Shown one piece after another: positions 1 to 10,075 of a DNA stretch of 64,000 nucleotides. Every line of letters begins with the position of its first letter. The stretch's first letter is position 1. The notes beneath the pieces were generated by a model, which was given only the letters and a program-made list of their open reading frames with translations, searched no databases and was not told the DNA's origin. This DNA is from Candidatus Kryptoniota bacterium (lineage in GTDB: Bacteria > Bacteroidota > Ignavibacteria > Kryptoniales > JAKASW01). The DNA lies in NCBI GenBank assembly GCA_046705025.1, contig JBJKQU010000167.1, positions 26,131-90,130 on the forward strand. Direction: 5' to 3'. The translations under genes were made by a program, and so were the position numbers.

Positions 1-70
1 GTCAATTAGGCTGTCCGCCGGTGAAATTTCGAATCCTCGCGCGATTCGAAGTAAGCAGACAGCAGTTAGT

Positions 71-640
71 TTAGTTGAATCTGTTCATTGCAGTTTCGAT
101 CCCTTCGTTGATGAAAACGAATGCCGCATCGACGGCGGCTTTTATCATCTTCTCGACCTCGGGGATCTCATCTGCTTCGAACTTTGAAAGAACAAAATCC
201 GCCATATCTCTTCCCGGTACCACCTCGTCGGTCCCGATTCCGCATCTCAACCGGGGAAAAGTATCGGCGTTCAATTGATAAATTATCGAATATACTCCGT
301 TATGCCCGCCGTCTCCGCCGCTCTGTCTCAGCCGCAGTTTTCCCAGCGGAATATTGAAATCATCATACACCACCAGAATGTCTTCGACGGCAACGGTAAA
401 TCGTTCCGCGGCGTCTCCGACGGCTATGCCGCTGTTATTCATGAAAGTCGTCGGCTTGACAAACACAACTACTTCCCCTGCGTGACTTGCTTCCGCGACA
501 TAGTATTCGCCCTTTCCAGGGCGAAAGCTCTTCTTGAATTTAGAAACAAGTTCGTCGACGACCGCGAACCCTATATTGTGCCGTGTCCCCTCGTAATCCC
601 GGCCGACATTTCCCAGCCCGACAATCATCTTCTTTCCCAC
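71..640 (-). CDS. pth: peptidyl-tRNA hydrolase
   Basis: 189-aa ORF with the Pth N-terminal signature (MIVGLGNVGRDYEGTRHNIGF); conserved pth-ctc-prs neighbourhood. Confidence 0.95.
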   Translation of the reverse strand: MGKKMIVGLGNVGRDYEGTRHNIGFAVVDELVSKFKKSFRPGKGEYYVAEASHAGEVVVFVKPTTFMNNSGIAVGDAAERFTVAVEDILVVYDDFNIPLGKLRLRQSGGDGGHNGVYSIIYQLNADTFPRLRCGIGTDEVVPGRDMADFVLSKFEADEIPEVEKMIKAAVDAAFVFINEGIETAMNRFN

Positions 641-691
641 CAGCTCAGAACCTTGCTCAAGAAACAGCTCGACCTTTTCCTTTTTATCCTA

Positions 692-1348
692 TCACTCTTC
701 CTTCGCTTCCTCGCCTTCAACCTTCTTGGACTTGCCGATGACTTCCGGTTCGGCAGGCTGTTCGGCAACCACTTCAGCAGCAGCCTCTGCAGTCTCTTCT
801 TTAAGTGAGGGCGGTGGAACTACCGAAACAATCGCCGATTCAGGATTGTCAAGCACCTTGACGCCCTCAAGTTTTATGTCCTTTATGTGAACGGAATCCG
901 CAATTCCCAGGTCTGAGATATTCACCTCGATGACTGCAGGAACGTTGTCCGGATCACACTGTATTCGTATCCTGTGAATTGAATGCTGGAGGATTCCGCC
1001 ATCCTTGACGCCCTTAGGGGCCCCTACAAGTTGAACCGGAATCTGCAGCGTAATCTTTTGCCCCTCTCTTATTCCGTGCAAATCGAAATGCATGATGCCG
1101 CCCAGGACAGGATCGAATTGAACATCATTCAGGATCGCCCGTCGCTCTGTACCGTCCCGGAACTTTACCTTGACTACGTGGGTAGTGTGAGAGCTCGCGA
1201 GAGTGTGTATCGGGGCCGCGTCAGCCTGCACGTTCACATTCTCTTCGCCGAGATAAAACACGCCCGGAATCTTCTTGTCGGCAAAAAGTCTTTTCGCCTT
1301 CTTTCCCATCAAAGTCCTGTTCTCAACATTCAATACGAATTCTTCCAT
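692..1348 (-). CDS. rplY: 50S ribosomal protein L25 / general stress protein Ctc
   Basis: 218-aa ORF with L25/Ctc-type N-domain and a long acidic/Lys-rich C-tail; lies between pth and prs as in many bacteria. Confidence 0.9.
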   Translation of the reverse strand: MEEFVLNVENRTLMGKKAKRLFADKKIPGVFYLGEENVNVQADAAPIHTLASSHTTHVVKVKFRDGTERRAILNDVQFDPVLGGIMHFDLHGIREGQKITLQIPVQLVGAPKGVKDGGILQHSIHRIRIQCDPDNVPAVIEVNISDLGIADSVHIKDIKLEGVKVLDNPESAIVSVVPPPSLKEETAEAAAEVVAEQPAEPEVIGKSKKVEGEEAKEE

Positions 1349-1364
1349 TGCTTCCTCTTACTTG

Positions 1365-2297
1365 TTACTTGGTTTCGAATAACGAACTGATCGATTCATT
1401 CTGATAGGTTCTTCTTATCGCCTCGGCAAACAGCCTCGATACGGACTTCACTTCTATCTTGGAGGACTCTCTCTTGAGCGGCACGGTATCGCTGATTATG
1501 AGCTTCTTTATGGCGCTCTTTTCAATCCTCTCGACAGCGTTGCCGCTGAAAACCGGATGAGTGCAGGCGCCGTATATCTCGGTCGCACCAGCCGCTTTCA
1601 GAGCGTTCACGGCAGCCGTAAAAGTGCCTGCAGTATCTATGAGATCATCCACAATCAAAACGTTTTTGCCTTTGACATCGCCGATGATATTCACCACTTC
1701 AGCTACATTCGCCTTTGGTCTTCGCTTGTCAATCAACACCAGGTCTGCATCAAGACGCGTCGCGTATGCTCGCGCAAATTTGATCCCGCCGACGTCGGGT
1801 GAAACGACGACGAGATTTGGAATCTTCATCTCTTTAAAGTGCTTCACAAAAACGGCAGAAGAATACAGATGGTCTACCGGTATGTCGAAGAAACCCTGAA
1901 TCTGAGCCGCGTGCAGGTCCATCGTCAATACTCGTTCGGCGCCTGCCTCCGTCAGAAGGTTTGCTACCAGCTTGGACGTTATCGCGACACGCGGCTGGTC
2001 TTTCCTGTCCTGACGAGCGTAACCAAAATATGGGATGACGGCCGTAACGCGCGAAGCCGATGCACGCTTGGCGGCGTCGATCATGATCAGGAGCTCCATC
2101 AGGTTCTCGGCGGGCGGGAAGGTGCATTGGATGATAAACACGTCCGACCCCCGGATATTGTCCGAGTATTTCACCCAAATCTCGCCATCACTGAAGTTAA
2201 TTATCTCCCTCTCACCGAGAGGCTCGCCGATTTCATGAGCGATCTTCTCGGCCAGATCAGGATTGCTTCTGCCAGAAAATATCTTTATTCCGTCCAT
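1365..2297 (-). CDS. prs: ribose-phosphate pyrophosphokinase
   Basis: 310-aa ORF; PRPP synthase motifs (DLHAAQIQGFF, VVSPDVGG, LVDDLIDTAGT). Confidence 0.95.
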   Translation of the reverse strand: MDGIKIFSGRSNPDLAEKIAHEIGEPLGEREIINFSDGEIWVKYSDNIRGSDVFIIQCTFPPAENLMELLIMIDAAKRASASRVTAVIPYFGYARQDRKDQPRVAITSKLVANLLTEAGAERVLTMDLHAAQIQGFFDIPVDHLYSSAVFVKHFKEMKIPNLVVVSPDVGGIKFARAYATRLDADLVLIDKRRPKANVAEVVNIIGDVKGKNVLIVDDLIDTAGTFTAAVNALKAAGATEIYGACTHPVFSGNAVERIEKSAIKKLIISDTVPLKRESSKIEVKSVSRLFAEAIRRTYQNESISSLFETK

Positions 2298-2329
2298 TTA
2301 CAATCGTTTGTGCTTGTGCAGTTGCCCAT

Positions 2330-2542
2330 TCAAATCAGGCTCTTGAGCTCTTTCTCTCGCCTCATCGCCTCGGCTCTCGTCTCATACTTCTCAAAATACA
2401 CAACCGACCAGGGCCTCATTGCCTTTGTCGACCTGACTCTTCCTTCATTGTGCCTTCTGAGCCTCTCCTCAGGGTCATTGGTCTGACCAATGTAAAACCT
2501 CCCGGAATTCAGGCTCTCCAACACGTACGCGCAAAAGCTCAT
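2330..2542 (-). CDS. small GIY-YIG (URI-domain) nuclease family protein
   Basis: C-terminal 70 aa of the 149-aa ORF carry the GIY-YIG core (YVLESLNSGRFYIGQTNDPEERLRRHN). Start moved to Met80 (ATG 2540-2542) because the upstream part of the ORF reads through the tRNA gene. Confidence 0.75.
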   Translation of the reverse strand: MSFCAYVLESLNSGRFYIGQTNDPEERLRRHNEGRVRSTKAMRPWSVVYFEKYETRAEAMRREKELKSLI

Positions 2543-2547
2543 TTTCG

Positions 2548-2619
<72 letters not shown>

Positions 2620-2804
2620 ATACACAGGCGCCCCACCAGATAAATTTCAAGGAAAAATGACGCCCACAGTAAAGCTTTTGGACTTTTGCGTCTTGGCTTA
2701 GAATATAGTTCTCGAAGTCCAGAAAATCAAAGTTAAAACGGAAACGGGAATGTATGGGGCGGGCGGCTTTGGCGTTCACCGACAGCTCTCCCGGTGAGCA
2801 CGCA

Positions 2805-2910
2805 AAAGAGAGGGAAAGGAAGGGCGCTGCTTGATTTTTGCTTCGAACTGTGGCGTGGGTGGTTTGGTCTTGTGGAGGCCTTTTTCAGCAGCGCCTTCCT
2901 TTCCCCTTTG
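2805..2910. repeat. long imperfect inverted repeat (~21 bp arms, ~55-nt spacer), function unknown
   Basis: Left arm aaagagagggaaaggaagggcgctgct (2805-2831) is complementary to agcagcgccttcctttcccctttg (2887-2910) with one bulged G; the spacer is G/T-rich. Confidence 0.6.
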
Positions 2911-3079
2911 AAATCAAGTTAGCCAGCAAGTTTTAAACTAATGTGAAGTCCTCTTTAAGCTGAAGATAAGTCTGTCGCTCCCGGTAATGGCATCAATTCG
3001 AGAAGCGGAGTAGAAAGGTTACACGCACTGACGTGGAGCAAATTCCGGACACCGGGAGGGCTCGCTTCGCGCCGGAGTC

Positions 3080-3487
3080 TTACCTTCCCTGCCTGCGGGA
3101 GGATGTCTGGACCGGCATTTGCCGCTTGTAGACCAGACCGTTCATCCATGCGGCCAGAATTATGAGGAACCCCAGGGCAATTACCCACAGCAAACGCAGC
3201 CAGCCGCCAGCAAGCATTCCGAAGAACCCCACGGAACGAGAAATGTCTGCCCCGCGTCCCATGTACCGCTTTACGTACTTGCCGAATCTGGAGTGTTTCT
3301 GCTTCTCGAAATCCATCAGCCGTATCATGAAAAGAGAGATCATGATGGAAGGCACGAACGCGATTACCAGCCCGATGATTATCAGGTGAAGCCAGCACAG
3401 GTAGACTGCGGCAAAAGCCGAAATTACATCGGTGGTAAGCTTGAACGGATGTATCTGATGATAAAGCGTCTTGTCGATGACGTTCAT
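3080..3487 (-). CDS. hypothetical integral membrane protein
   Basis: 135-aa ORF with three or more clear hydrophobic helices (e.g. VISAFAAVYLCWLHLIIIGLVIAFVPSIMISLFMI, LRLLWVIALGFLIILAAW); no family recognised. Confidence 0.55.
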   Translation of the reverse strand: MNVIDKTLYHQIHPFKLTTDVISAFAAVYLCWLHLIIIGLVIAFVPSIMISLFMIRLMDFEKQKHSRFGKYVKRYMGRGADISRSVGFFGMLAGGWLRLLWVIALGFLIILAAWMNGLVYKRQMPVQTSSRRQGR

Positions 3488-3511
3488 ATTGTCAAGGCTC
3501 CGGCAAAATTT

Positions 3512-4780
3512 CTAGACATAAATCTCACGTCTCAGTTTTTCCCAATCACGCTTGCGCATTCTAACCTTCAGGTGCAGACTGCCGGGATGTTCGCTCTCCT
3601 GAACGAACTCGGCAACCGACAGGATCTTCGCAAGTTTTTCGGTGTCTGTCGGCTTTATGCGGAACGATTTCTCGACGATATCGGACCCCATGAGTTTGAG
3701 CATCGCTTCTCTAAGCTGGCTCAGATTGATTTGCCGTTCCGCAGAGATGGCCACCGAGTCTCTATCATATTCGTTAAGGACGCTCCTCACTACGCCGAAA
3801 TCAGAAACCCGGTCCACCTTGTTGAACACGAGGATAGTCGGTTTTGTCCTGGAGCCGAGCTCTCCGAGCGTCTCGTTCACGACGTTGATCTGCTCCCGGA
3901 AGTTCGGGGTCGAGATATCGACGAGATGAAGGATGTAGTCGGCAAACTGAACTTCTTCGAGGGTGGACTTGAACGATGCTATGAGATCCGGCGGCAGCTT
4001 GCGGATAAATCCGACCGTATCCACAAGGAGGCACTGGATCGAAGATGAGAGAAAAACCTTCCTTGTAGAAGTATCGAGCGTGGCGAACAGTCTGTTTTCA
4101 ACGAATGTTTCGGAGCCGCTCAGGACATTCAACAATGTCGATTTTCCCGCGTTTGTGTACCCAACGAGTGCGAACTTCGGGAGCTCATTTCGGCGTGTGC
4201 GGCGTAGGCCCCGCTGGCTCGATATCGCTTCCAGTTTCGCCCTGAGGACCGAAATGCGTTTCTTGATCACGCGCCTGTCGACTTCGATTTGTTTTTCACC
4301 CGGTCCCCTCGTTCCAATCACGCCGTACTGCTTGGAGAAATGCTGCCACTGACCGGCAAGACGCGACATGTTATACCTGAGCTGTGCCATCTCGACCTGA
4401 AGTTTGGCTTCGCTTGTACGCGCACGCAATCCGAATATGTCCAGTATGAGGGCGCTGCGGTCTATAATACGCCTGTCGATTGTCCGTTCAAGGTTTCGTA
4501 TCTGAACACCCGATAAGTCATCGTCGAAAATGACGAGGTTTATGTCCTCGGCGTCGCAAATCGTTTTTATTTCTTCCGCTTTTCCTTTCCCCACAAAGAA
4601 GGCAGGATCGGGGGACTGCCTCTCCTGAAAGACCTTCCTCACGACCTTGGCACCGGCAGTATCCGCAAGCAACACGAGTTCGCCGAGTGATTCGTCGACT
4701 CCCACCTGCCTCGACTCGTCATTTCTAAACGCAACTTCAACGACGAGCGCACGATCAAGTTTGTCGTTTGTCGAAATCAA
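3512..4780 (-). CDS. hflX: GTPase HflX
   Basis: 422-aa ORF with HflX N-domain, coiled linker (LQVEMAQLRY) and G-domain motifs (GYTNAGKSTLLN, DTVGF, NKVD). Confidence 0.93.
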   Translation of the reverse strand: MISTNDKLDRALVVEVAFRNDESRQVGVDESLGELVLLADTAGAKVVRKVFQERQSPDPAFFVGKGKAEEIKTICDAEDINLVIFDDDLSGVQIRNLERTIDRRIIDRSALILDIFGLRARTSEAKLQVEMAQLRYNMSRLAGQWQHFSKQYGVIGTRGPGEKQIEVDRRVIKKRISVLRAKLEAISSQRGLRRTRRNELPKFALVGYTNAGKSTLLNVLSGSETFVENRLFATLDTSTRKVFLSSSIQCLLVDTVGFIRKLPPDLIASFKSTLEEVQFADYILHLVDISTPNFREQINVVNETLGELGSRTKPTILVFNKVDRVSDFGVVRSVLNEYDRDSVAISAERQINLSQLREAMLKLMGSDIVEKSFRIKPTDTEKLAKILSVAEFVQESEHPGSLHLKVRMRKRDWEKLRREIYV

Positions 4781-4820
4781 CTTGTTTTGTCACACCTCTC
4801 TTTTCATGTACACGACTAAT

Positions 4821-6932
4821 TTACGCAGTTCGATCAAAAGTTCTCATTCTGGAGACAAAAATTTCGAGTATCAGGAAAACCAGCGCCGCTCCTGCAAAAA
4901 AAGACGACAAGTCTTCACCGGTCCTGAGTTTATTGATACTTGCAACGGCATTTTTGTCAGCGTCTACCACGAACACGCTCTTTTCGTTGAAGCCCAGTCT
5001 CTTCGCGAAGTCGACTATCTCCGAGTTCGTTGCCTGGGAGAGGTCCGACTCGCGGCGATCGACGTTCACCGAAATCTCGCACAGCGTGTCCCCCCCATTG
5101 CTCAGAGTATACGTGCCGAGCTGGCCCAGACCATTGAGGACAAAGTTTGCACCGGCACCGACATATCCGGGCACCACCTGCGTCCTGCTACCGTTCGGAC
5201 TAATCAGAGTCGCCGTCTTGACCCCGCCCAGGGAGTACCGGTAGTCCGCCTCTTGACCCGCGTATATCTGCAGCGGTCTGTGCCTGACGGCAGACGAGTA
5301 AAAGAGCGCTCTTTGCACAACCACAGGGAAAAAGGGCGACCCGGGGAAATTCGACGAACTCGTGTCTGCCGGCGACGCAACTACAAAAGCGTAACCGCTT
5401 CCGACGCCTTTGCTCATCAGAAATGGTCCGGTTGAAGTGCTCATCAGCACGTGCGCGAACGGGTTTGGCTCAATACGGGCGCAATAAAGAATCTTCGTGA
5501 CTAGCTGGTTCTTGATCTCGTCTGCACTTTGCTTGCTCGAGAAGATGCCGTAGAAGAAATTGTCTCCCGCATCGATTTTATCGATGCTCAGGAAGCTTCC
5601 CCCGGAGCTCGAGAATAAATTCGACACGGTACCCATGTCCATGGCCCGCACAATTCCGTCGAAGGATTCTACCTCTTTTGCCGCCGGGGTGAAGAGCAAC
5701 GCTCCTCCGCCGTCCCGGACAAACCGAATAAGCTTTTGCTGGAAGCCCTGCCCGTTGTCGTAAGATTCCACTACAACGGCATCTACTCCCGAGAGATTCG
5801 TGTAAATGAACCGGGCTGGGCTAACTACACTGGTCCTGACGACTGTAGACGTATCCATTGTGGCCCGCGCCGCGCTGAGCACAAAGTCCGAGCTGGAATC
5901 CGGCGTAACGAGCACAAGATTCAATCTCTGAATCGCGTAGAACGAGAAATAGAATCTGTTGTCACTCTGTATGGAGTTATCGTCTATCTGAACCATCCCT
6001 CTGTGATAGCCGCTCGTGGAAACGTTGAAAGCCAGATCGACAGACCGCGAGGCCCGCCCAGGCAGATCGGCGACTGATTGAGCGACCTTCCGCCCGTCCA
6101 GGTACAAGCTTACCACAACTCCGCTCTTGTACGAACCGTCGTCATTTGCTAACGTGGCCTCCACTTCGGAAGGGGTATTAGCTTCGACGACCGGACCAAG
6201 AAGCTTTACAGCAGAGACCGAAAGGTTGTCGTTGTGGGATTCCGGTGTCTTCAGGAAAAGGACTCTCGTACCGGCAGGGACATTCTGTGGTGGTGCTGCG
6301 GCCCCGCCGGCCACGCTTCCCTTCAAGTCAAGTTCGCTTTTCTGCAAATCGCCGATGACATATATCTCTTTGTTGAGATAATTAGAACCTTCCAGTTTAT
6401 CCGTCGCTGCGCGGATCGCGGAGGCATAGCTTCCGCTTATGTTTGACCGCTCCGCTCTCGAAACCCTGGAGGAAAGAGAACTCGGGTTGATCGTGGACAG
6501 AGTGCGCGAAGTGTCGCCGGCTCCCGAAGTGAAGACAAGGCTCACATCGTCTCCGACATGGAAATTGTCTATCAGGCTTACGCCGACTTTCTTTATCTGT
6601 GTGAAGATTTCGCCGTATTCGTTTCTCGCGGAAGTCGATGGCGAATTATCGATTATCACCACAGACGAGCTTTTCGAGCTTCCAGACGCGACGCCCTTCA
6701 GTGCAGGACGTGCAAAGGCTACGACGAGCGCGGCAATTGCCAGCGTACGGAGAAGCAGGAGCAAGTAGTCTCTGAGCTTCACCCGTTTGGCCGAGGCGTG
6801 CTGTATCTCTTTCAGAAATCTGATGGAAGAAAATTCAATCTGCCGAAGCTTCTTGAGCTGCAACAGATGGATCAAGAGGGGGACTGCTGCTGCAACGAGA
6901 CCAAACAGTACAAATCCGTTAAGAAACGTCAT
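4821..6932 (-). CDS. large membrane protein with BatA/aerotolerance-regulator N-terminal double-TM domain
   Basis: 703-aa ORF. N-terminus (FLNGFVLFGLVAAAVPLLIHLL..RxxxxFSSIRFL) matches the BatA_N double-transmembrane motif; C-terminal TM helix; remainder unassigned. Confidence 0.65.
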   Translation of the reverse strand: MTFLNGFVLFGLVAAAVPLLIHLLQLKKLRQIEFSSIRFLKEIQHASAKRVKLRDYLLLLLRTLAIAALVVAFARPALKGVASGSSKSSSVVIIDNSPSTSARNEYGEIFTQIKKVGVSLIDNFHVGDDVSLVFTSGAGDTSRTLSTINPSSLSSRVSRAERSNISGSYASAIRAATDKLEGSNYLNKEIYVIGDLQKSELDLKGSVAGGAAAPPQNVPAGTRVLFLKTPESHNDNLSVSAVKLLGPVVEANTPSEVEATLANDDGSYKSGVVVSLYLDGRKVAQSVADLPGRASRSVDLAFNVSTSGYHRGMVQIDDNSIQSDNRFYFSFYAIQRLNLVLVTPDSSSDFVLSAARATMDTSTVVRTSVVSPARFIYTNLSGVDAVVVESYDNGQGFQQKLIRFVRDGGGALLFTPAAKEVESFDGIVRAMDMGTVSNLFSSSGGSFLSIDKIDAGDNFFYGIFSSKQSADEIKNQLVTKILYCARIEPNPFAHVLMSTSTGPFLMSKGVGSGYAFVVASPADTSSSNFPGSPFFPVVVQRALFYSSAVRHRPLQIYAGQEADYRYSLGGVKTATLISPNGSRTQVVPGYVGAGANFVLNGLGQLGTYTLSNGGDTLCEISVNVDRRESDLSQATNSEIVDFAKRLGFNEKSVFVVDADKNAVASINKLRTGEDLSSFFAGAALVFLILEIFVSRMRTFDRTA

Positions 6933-7522
6933 GCCGAACGTTCTGACTCAGCGCGAGGGTTCCAGTGAATCTCCTTGTGTCCGGACGCTTTGTTAGCGTA
7001 CCTGGCAAGGACGAAAAGTAAATCCGACAACCGGTTCAGGTAGATGACCGTCTCTTCCGAGGCTTCATTGCGATTCTTCAATGAGATGACCCTGCGTTCG
7101 GCGCGGCGGCAAACGGTCCTCGCGTGATGAAGGAACGAGGCATTTTTCGAGCCTCCGGGCAGGATGAAGGATTTCAGCTCCTGAAGCTGCGCGTCCAATT
7201 CGTCTATCGAGCGTTCCAAATACGAGTAGTCTTCCCGTGAGATCCTTCTGAGGGCGGTACTCTTGACGTTTGCCGGAGTTGCAAGGTCGGCACCGAGAAC
7301 AAAAAGCTGGTCCTGCACTTTCGTCAGAATCCCGTCGATCAGTTCGAACTCACCCTCTCCAGCCTGGCCCCAATCGGCAACGAATGACCTGGCGATTCCG
7401 ATCGAGGAATTCAGCTCGTCGACGGTCCCGTAAGCTTCGATTCGAAGATCATCTTTTGGAACCCTCTTTCCGCCGAACAGGCTTGTTTCTCCCCTATCAC
7501 CCGTCTTCGTGTATATTTTCAA
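6929..7522 (-). CDS. PduO-type ATP:cob(I)alamin adenosyltransferase
   Basis: 197-aa ORF starting MKIYTKTGDRGETSLFGGKRVPKDDLRIEAYGTVDELNS, the characteristic PduO-type N-terminus; 4-nt overlap with the downstream gene. Confidence 0.9.
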   Translation of the reverse strand: MKIYTKTGDRGETSLFGGKRVPKDDLRIEAYGTVDELNSSIGIARSFVADWGQAGEGEFELIDGILTKVQDQLFVLGADLATPANVKSTALRRISREDYSYLERSIDELDAQLQELKSFILPGGSKNASFLHHARTVCRRAERRVISLKNRNEASEETVIYLNRLSDLLFVLARYANKASGHKEIHWNPRAESERSA

Positions 7523-8391
7523 AACGCAATGAACCTCTCTAATTCGATGGAAAGCTCCATGAGCACGTTCGCCTTGGGCTGCTCGTCCGCCGCGGAGAAC
7601 GCCCGCGCCAAATTACGGCAGGTTCGTGCCAGCATTTCAAGGTCGGAAGAATTCTTCAGGAAACGTGGCTCGAAAGAGAATCCCATTCCGTTTATGAATT
7701 CTTCCGCATCCTTACGGGACATGATTCTGCCTCTGTTGAAAACATCGACATAAATCTCTTTCCCTTCAAGGACGAACTTGACGAGGAAATGAGCCGGCGC
7801 CCCTACTCCGAATACCGGCAGGTTGACTCTCCGCCCAACCAGAAGGTAAACGATACCCAGCGAAATCGGAATACCACGCCGCGTTTCCAGAACCCGGTGA
7901 AGTATGTTGTTGTCGGGATTGTAATAGTCCCTCGAGTTGCCCGCGAATCCGAGCTCGTTCAAGAAGAAATCATTCACGTGTTGAACGACATCGTAGGGAT
8001 CCTCTGCTGTTGCAATCCTTTTGTGCAGCTCGTTCGCCAGCTCGTTGAGCATCGATTCGACCTGCGCGAGGTCCACATCGGGATACAGCGGCCTTGCCAG
8101 CATGAACAGAGCGCGCTCGAGTGAGAAGTCCCGGCGGGATACAAAATCGAGAAGTTCGTCGTAATCCTTCTGCAGCCTTTCAAGGTAGATCTTCGAAATT
8201 AAATTCTCGATCCGAATCTTGACCCTGGAGTCGGCGTTCCACTTCTCGTTTTCGAGCAGTTGAACCACTGTGTCGCCTCCCTCGAGCAGTTCGCGCTCTA
8301 CGGCAGAGGCAACCATCGGGTCATCGTCGTCGATCAGCCTCATAAGGGCCCTGAACTTCTTCTCGGTTAATGTCTCACTGTTCGTTGTCAT
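7519..8391 (-). CDS. transglutaminase-like / SirB1 (UPF0162) family protein
   Basis: 290-aa ORF; central block LGFAGNSRDYYNPDNNILHRVLETRRGIPISLGIVYLLVGRRVNLPVFGVGAPAHFLVKF is typical of the SirB1 N-terminal/transglutaminase-like family. Confidence 0.7.
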   Translation of the reverse strand: MTTNSETLTEKKFRALMRLIDDDDPMVASAVERELLEGGDTVVQLLENEKWNADSRVKIRIENLISKIYLERLQKDYDELLDFVSRRDFSLERALFMLARPLYPDVDLAQVESMLNELANELHKRIATAEDPYDVVQHVNDFFLNELGFAGNSRDYYNPDNNILHRVLETRRGIPISLGIVYLLVGRRVNLPVFGVGAPAHFLVKFVLEGKEIYVDVFNRGRIMSRKDAEEFINGMGFSFEPRFLKNSSDLEMLARTCRNLARAFSAADEQPKANVLMELSIELERFIAF

Positions 8392-9253
8392 AGTAGTTCT
8401 TCCTTAGTTCGCGGGTAAGCAGTTTGAAAGCCGTCTCCGGATCATCCGCAAATGAAAACAGTTCCAGGTCTGAACGATCTATCGCGCCGGCCTCGATGAG
8501 ATAATCAAAATTCAGGACTTTCTTCCAGTACTTCGTGCCATAGATGAGAACGGTCATTTTCTTTCTTATCTTGTCCGTTTGCAGCAAAGTGAGGACTTCC
8601 ATGAGTTCGTCGAGCGTACCGAATCCGCCCGGAAAAACGACTAACGCCTTGGCGAGATAAACGAACCAAAACTTTCGCATGAAGAAGTAATGAAATTCGA
8701 AATTCAGATCCGGGGTTATGTAGGAGTTGGGATACTGCTCGTGGGGCAGACTTATGTTCAACCCAATCGAAAGGCCGCCGGCGCGAACCGCACCCTTGTT
8801 GGCGGCTTGCATTATTCCGGGCCCTCCTCCGGAGCAGACAACAAACCGCTGACCATTTGCTCTCCCGATCTCTTTCGACCATCTCGTCAGCATTTCGCTC
8901 AGCTTCACGGCGTCTTCGTAGTACCGCCCCATTTCAACCTGTGCCTCAGCCCGCTTCACCTCACCCTCCAGCTTTCTCAATCTTCGAGAGGTTCCCGATC
9001 CATTCGACTGGTCGGAAAGTGCACGCTTCGCCGCTTCCAGCCGTTCTTCTGCTGCCTTCAGATTCATGTTGCGGGCTGACCCAAAAAAGACTATTGTATC
9101 CCTGATCTTCAGCCGCCTGAAACGGGACAGGGGCTCCAGATATTCCGAAAGCATACGAATCACCCGCGCATCCGGACTTTTCAGGAACGGGATGTTCTTG
9201 TAGGCTTTTTCAGGAATTTCGCGATGTGTAGTGGTAGCCTTTTTAGTCGACAT
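8375..9253 (-). CDS. LOG / TIGR00730-family Rossmann-fold nucleotide-binding protein
   Basis: 292-aa ORF; motifs GGGPGIMQAANKGA and PGGFGTLDELMEVLTLLQT. Confidence 0.8.
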   Translation of the reverse strand: MSTKKATTTHREIPEKAYKNIPFLKSPDARVIRMLSEYLEPLSRFRRLKIRDTIVFFGSARNMNLKAAEERLEAAKRALSDQSNGSGTSRRLRKLEGEVKRAEAQVEMGRYYEDAVKLSEMLTRWSKEIGRANGQRFVVCSGGGPGIMQAANKGAVRAGGLSIGLNISLPHEQYPNSYITPDLNFEFHYFFMRKFWFVYLAKALVVFPGGFGTLDELMEVLTLLQTDKIRKKMTVLIYGTKYWKKVLNFDYLIEAGAIDRSDLELFSFADDPETAFKLLTRELRKNYYDNEQ

Positions 9254-9304
9254 TTACCTCCATTTAACAGGACAAGGATGTATTGTATTCATACAGCGGC
9301 CTTC

Positions 9305-10075
9305 TCACAGGACGGACCTTCCGCCGTCAACTATCAGAACCTGTCCGGTGACATAGTCTGAGTGAGCAAAGTACAGGACAGCCGATGTTATGTCATTCAC
9401 TTCTCCATACCTTTTCAACGGTATTCTCTTTTCCTCTATGTGCCTTATCCTCGCGGTCTCTTCACCGCGGATAATTATCGTCCCTGGAGCGATCGCGTTT
9501 ACGGTCACCTTCGGGGCGAGTGCCTTTGACAGAGCCCTGGTCAGCATTACCACCCCCGCCTTCGCTACGTTGTAGGCAATATGCTGAGTCCAGACCTGGA
9601 ATCCGCCGAGAGAGGCAAAGTTGATGATCTTACCGCCGCGTCTCCCCATCACCTTCGCGGCAGCCCTGGCACAATAGAACTGACCGGTAAGATTGGTCGA
9701 TATAACGTAATTCCACAACTCATCCGAGATTTCTACAAATTTCTTTGATGGAGGGAATATGGCGGCGTTATTTACGAGGAGATCAAGCCTTCCGAAATGG
9801 CCGACCGCCTGGTGGAACATCCTGTCTACTTCCTTTGAATTTCTTATGTCCGCTTTTACAGAGATTGCGTCTGCCCCGAGCTCTCTTATTTCCTTTACCG
9901 TCCGGTCGGCCTCTTTTACTGAATGAGCATAGTTGACGACGATGTCCCAGCCGTCCCTTGCCAGGGCTAGTGCCGACTGCCGCCCCAGCCTTCTCCCGCT
10001 CCCCGTCACCAGGGCGACTTTCCTACTGCCGGCTGCCAGCGACTTCTCGGGGGCTTTTCCGGATCTAGCCGCCAT
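9305..10075 (-). CDS. SDR-family oxidoreductase
   Basis: 256-aa ORF; TGSGRRLG cofactor motif, NNAA, catalytic YNVAKAG (YxxxK). Confidence 0.8.
   Translation of the reverse strand: MAARSGKAPEKSLAAGSRKVALVTGSGRRLGRQSALALARDGWDIVVNYAHSVKEADRTVKEIRELGADAISVKADIRNSKEVDRMFHQAVGHFGRLDLLVNNAAIFPPSKKFVEISDELWNYVISTNLTGQFYCARAAAKVMGRRGGKIINFASLGGFQVWTQHIAYNVAKAGVVMLTRALSKALAPKVTVNAIAPGTIIIRGEETARIRHIEEKRIPLKRYGEVNDITSAVLYFAHSDYVTGQVLIVDGGRSVL

Noticed and set aside
29-49. Hairpin tcgaatc-ctcgcgc-gattcga downstream of pth as a terminator
   Set aside because: The stem is only 7 bp, AT-containing, and followed on the minus strand by AAUUU rather than a U-tract. Support is too weak to annotate.
2811-2830. 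GGAAAGGAAGGGCGCTGC as an SRP-RNA helix-8-like sequence
   Set aside because: The resemblance to GGAAGGAAGCAGCC is only superficial. The surrounding sequence does not form the conserved symmetric and asymmetric loops.
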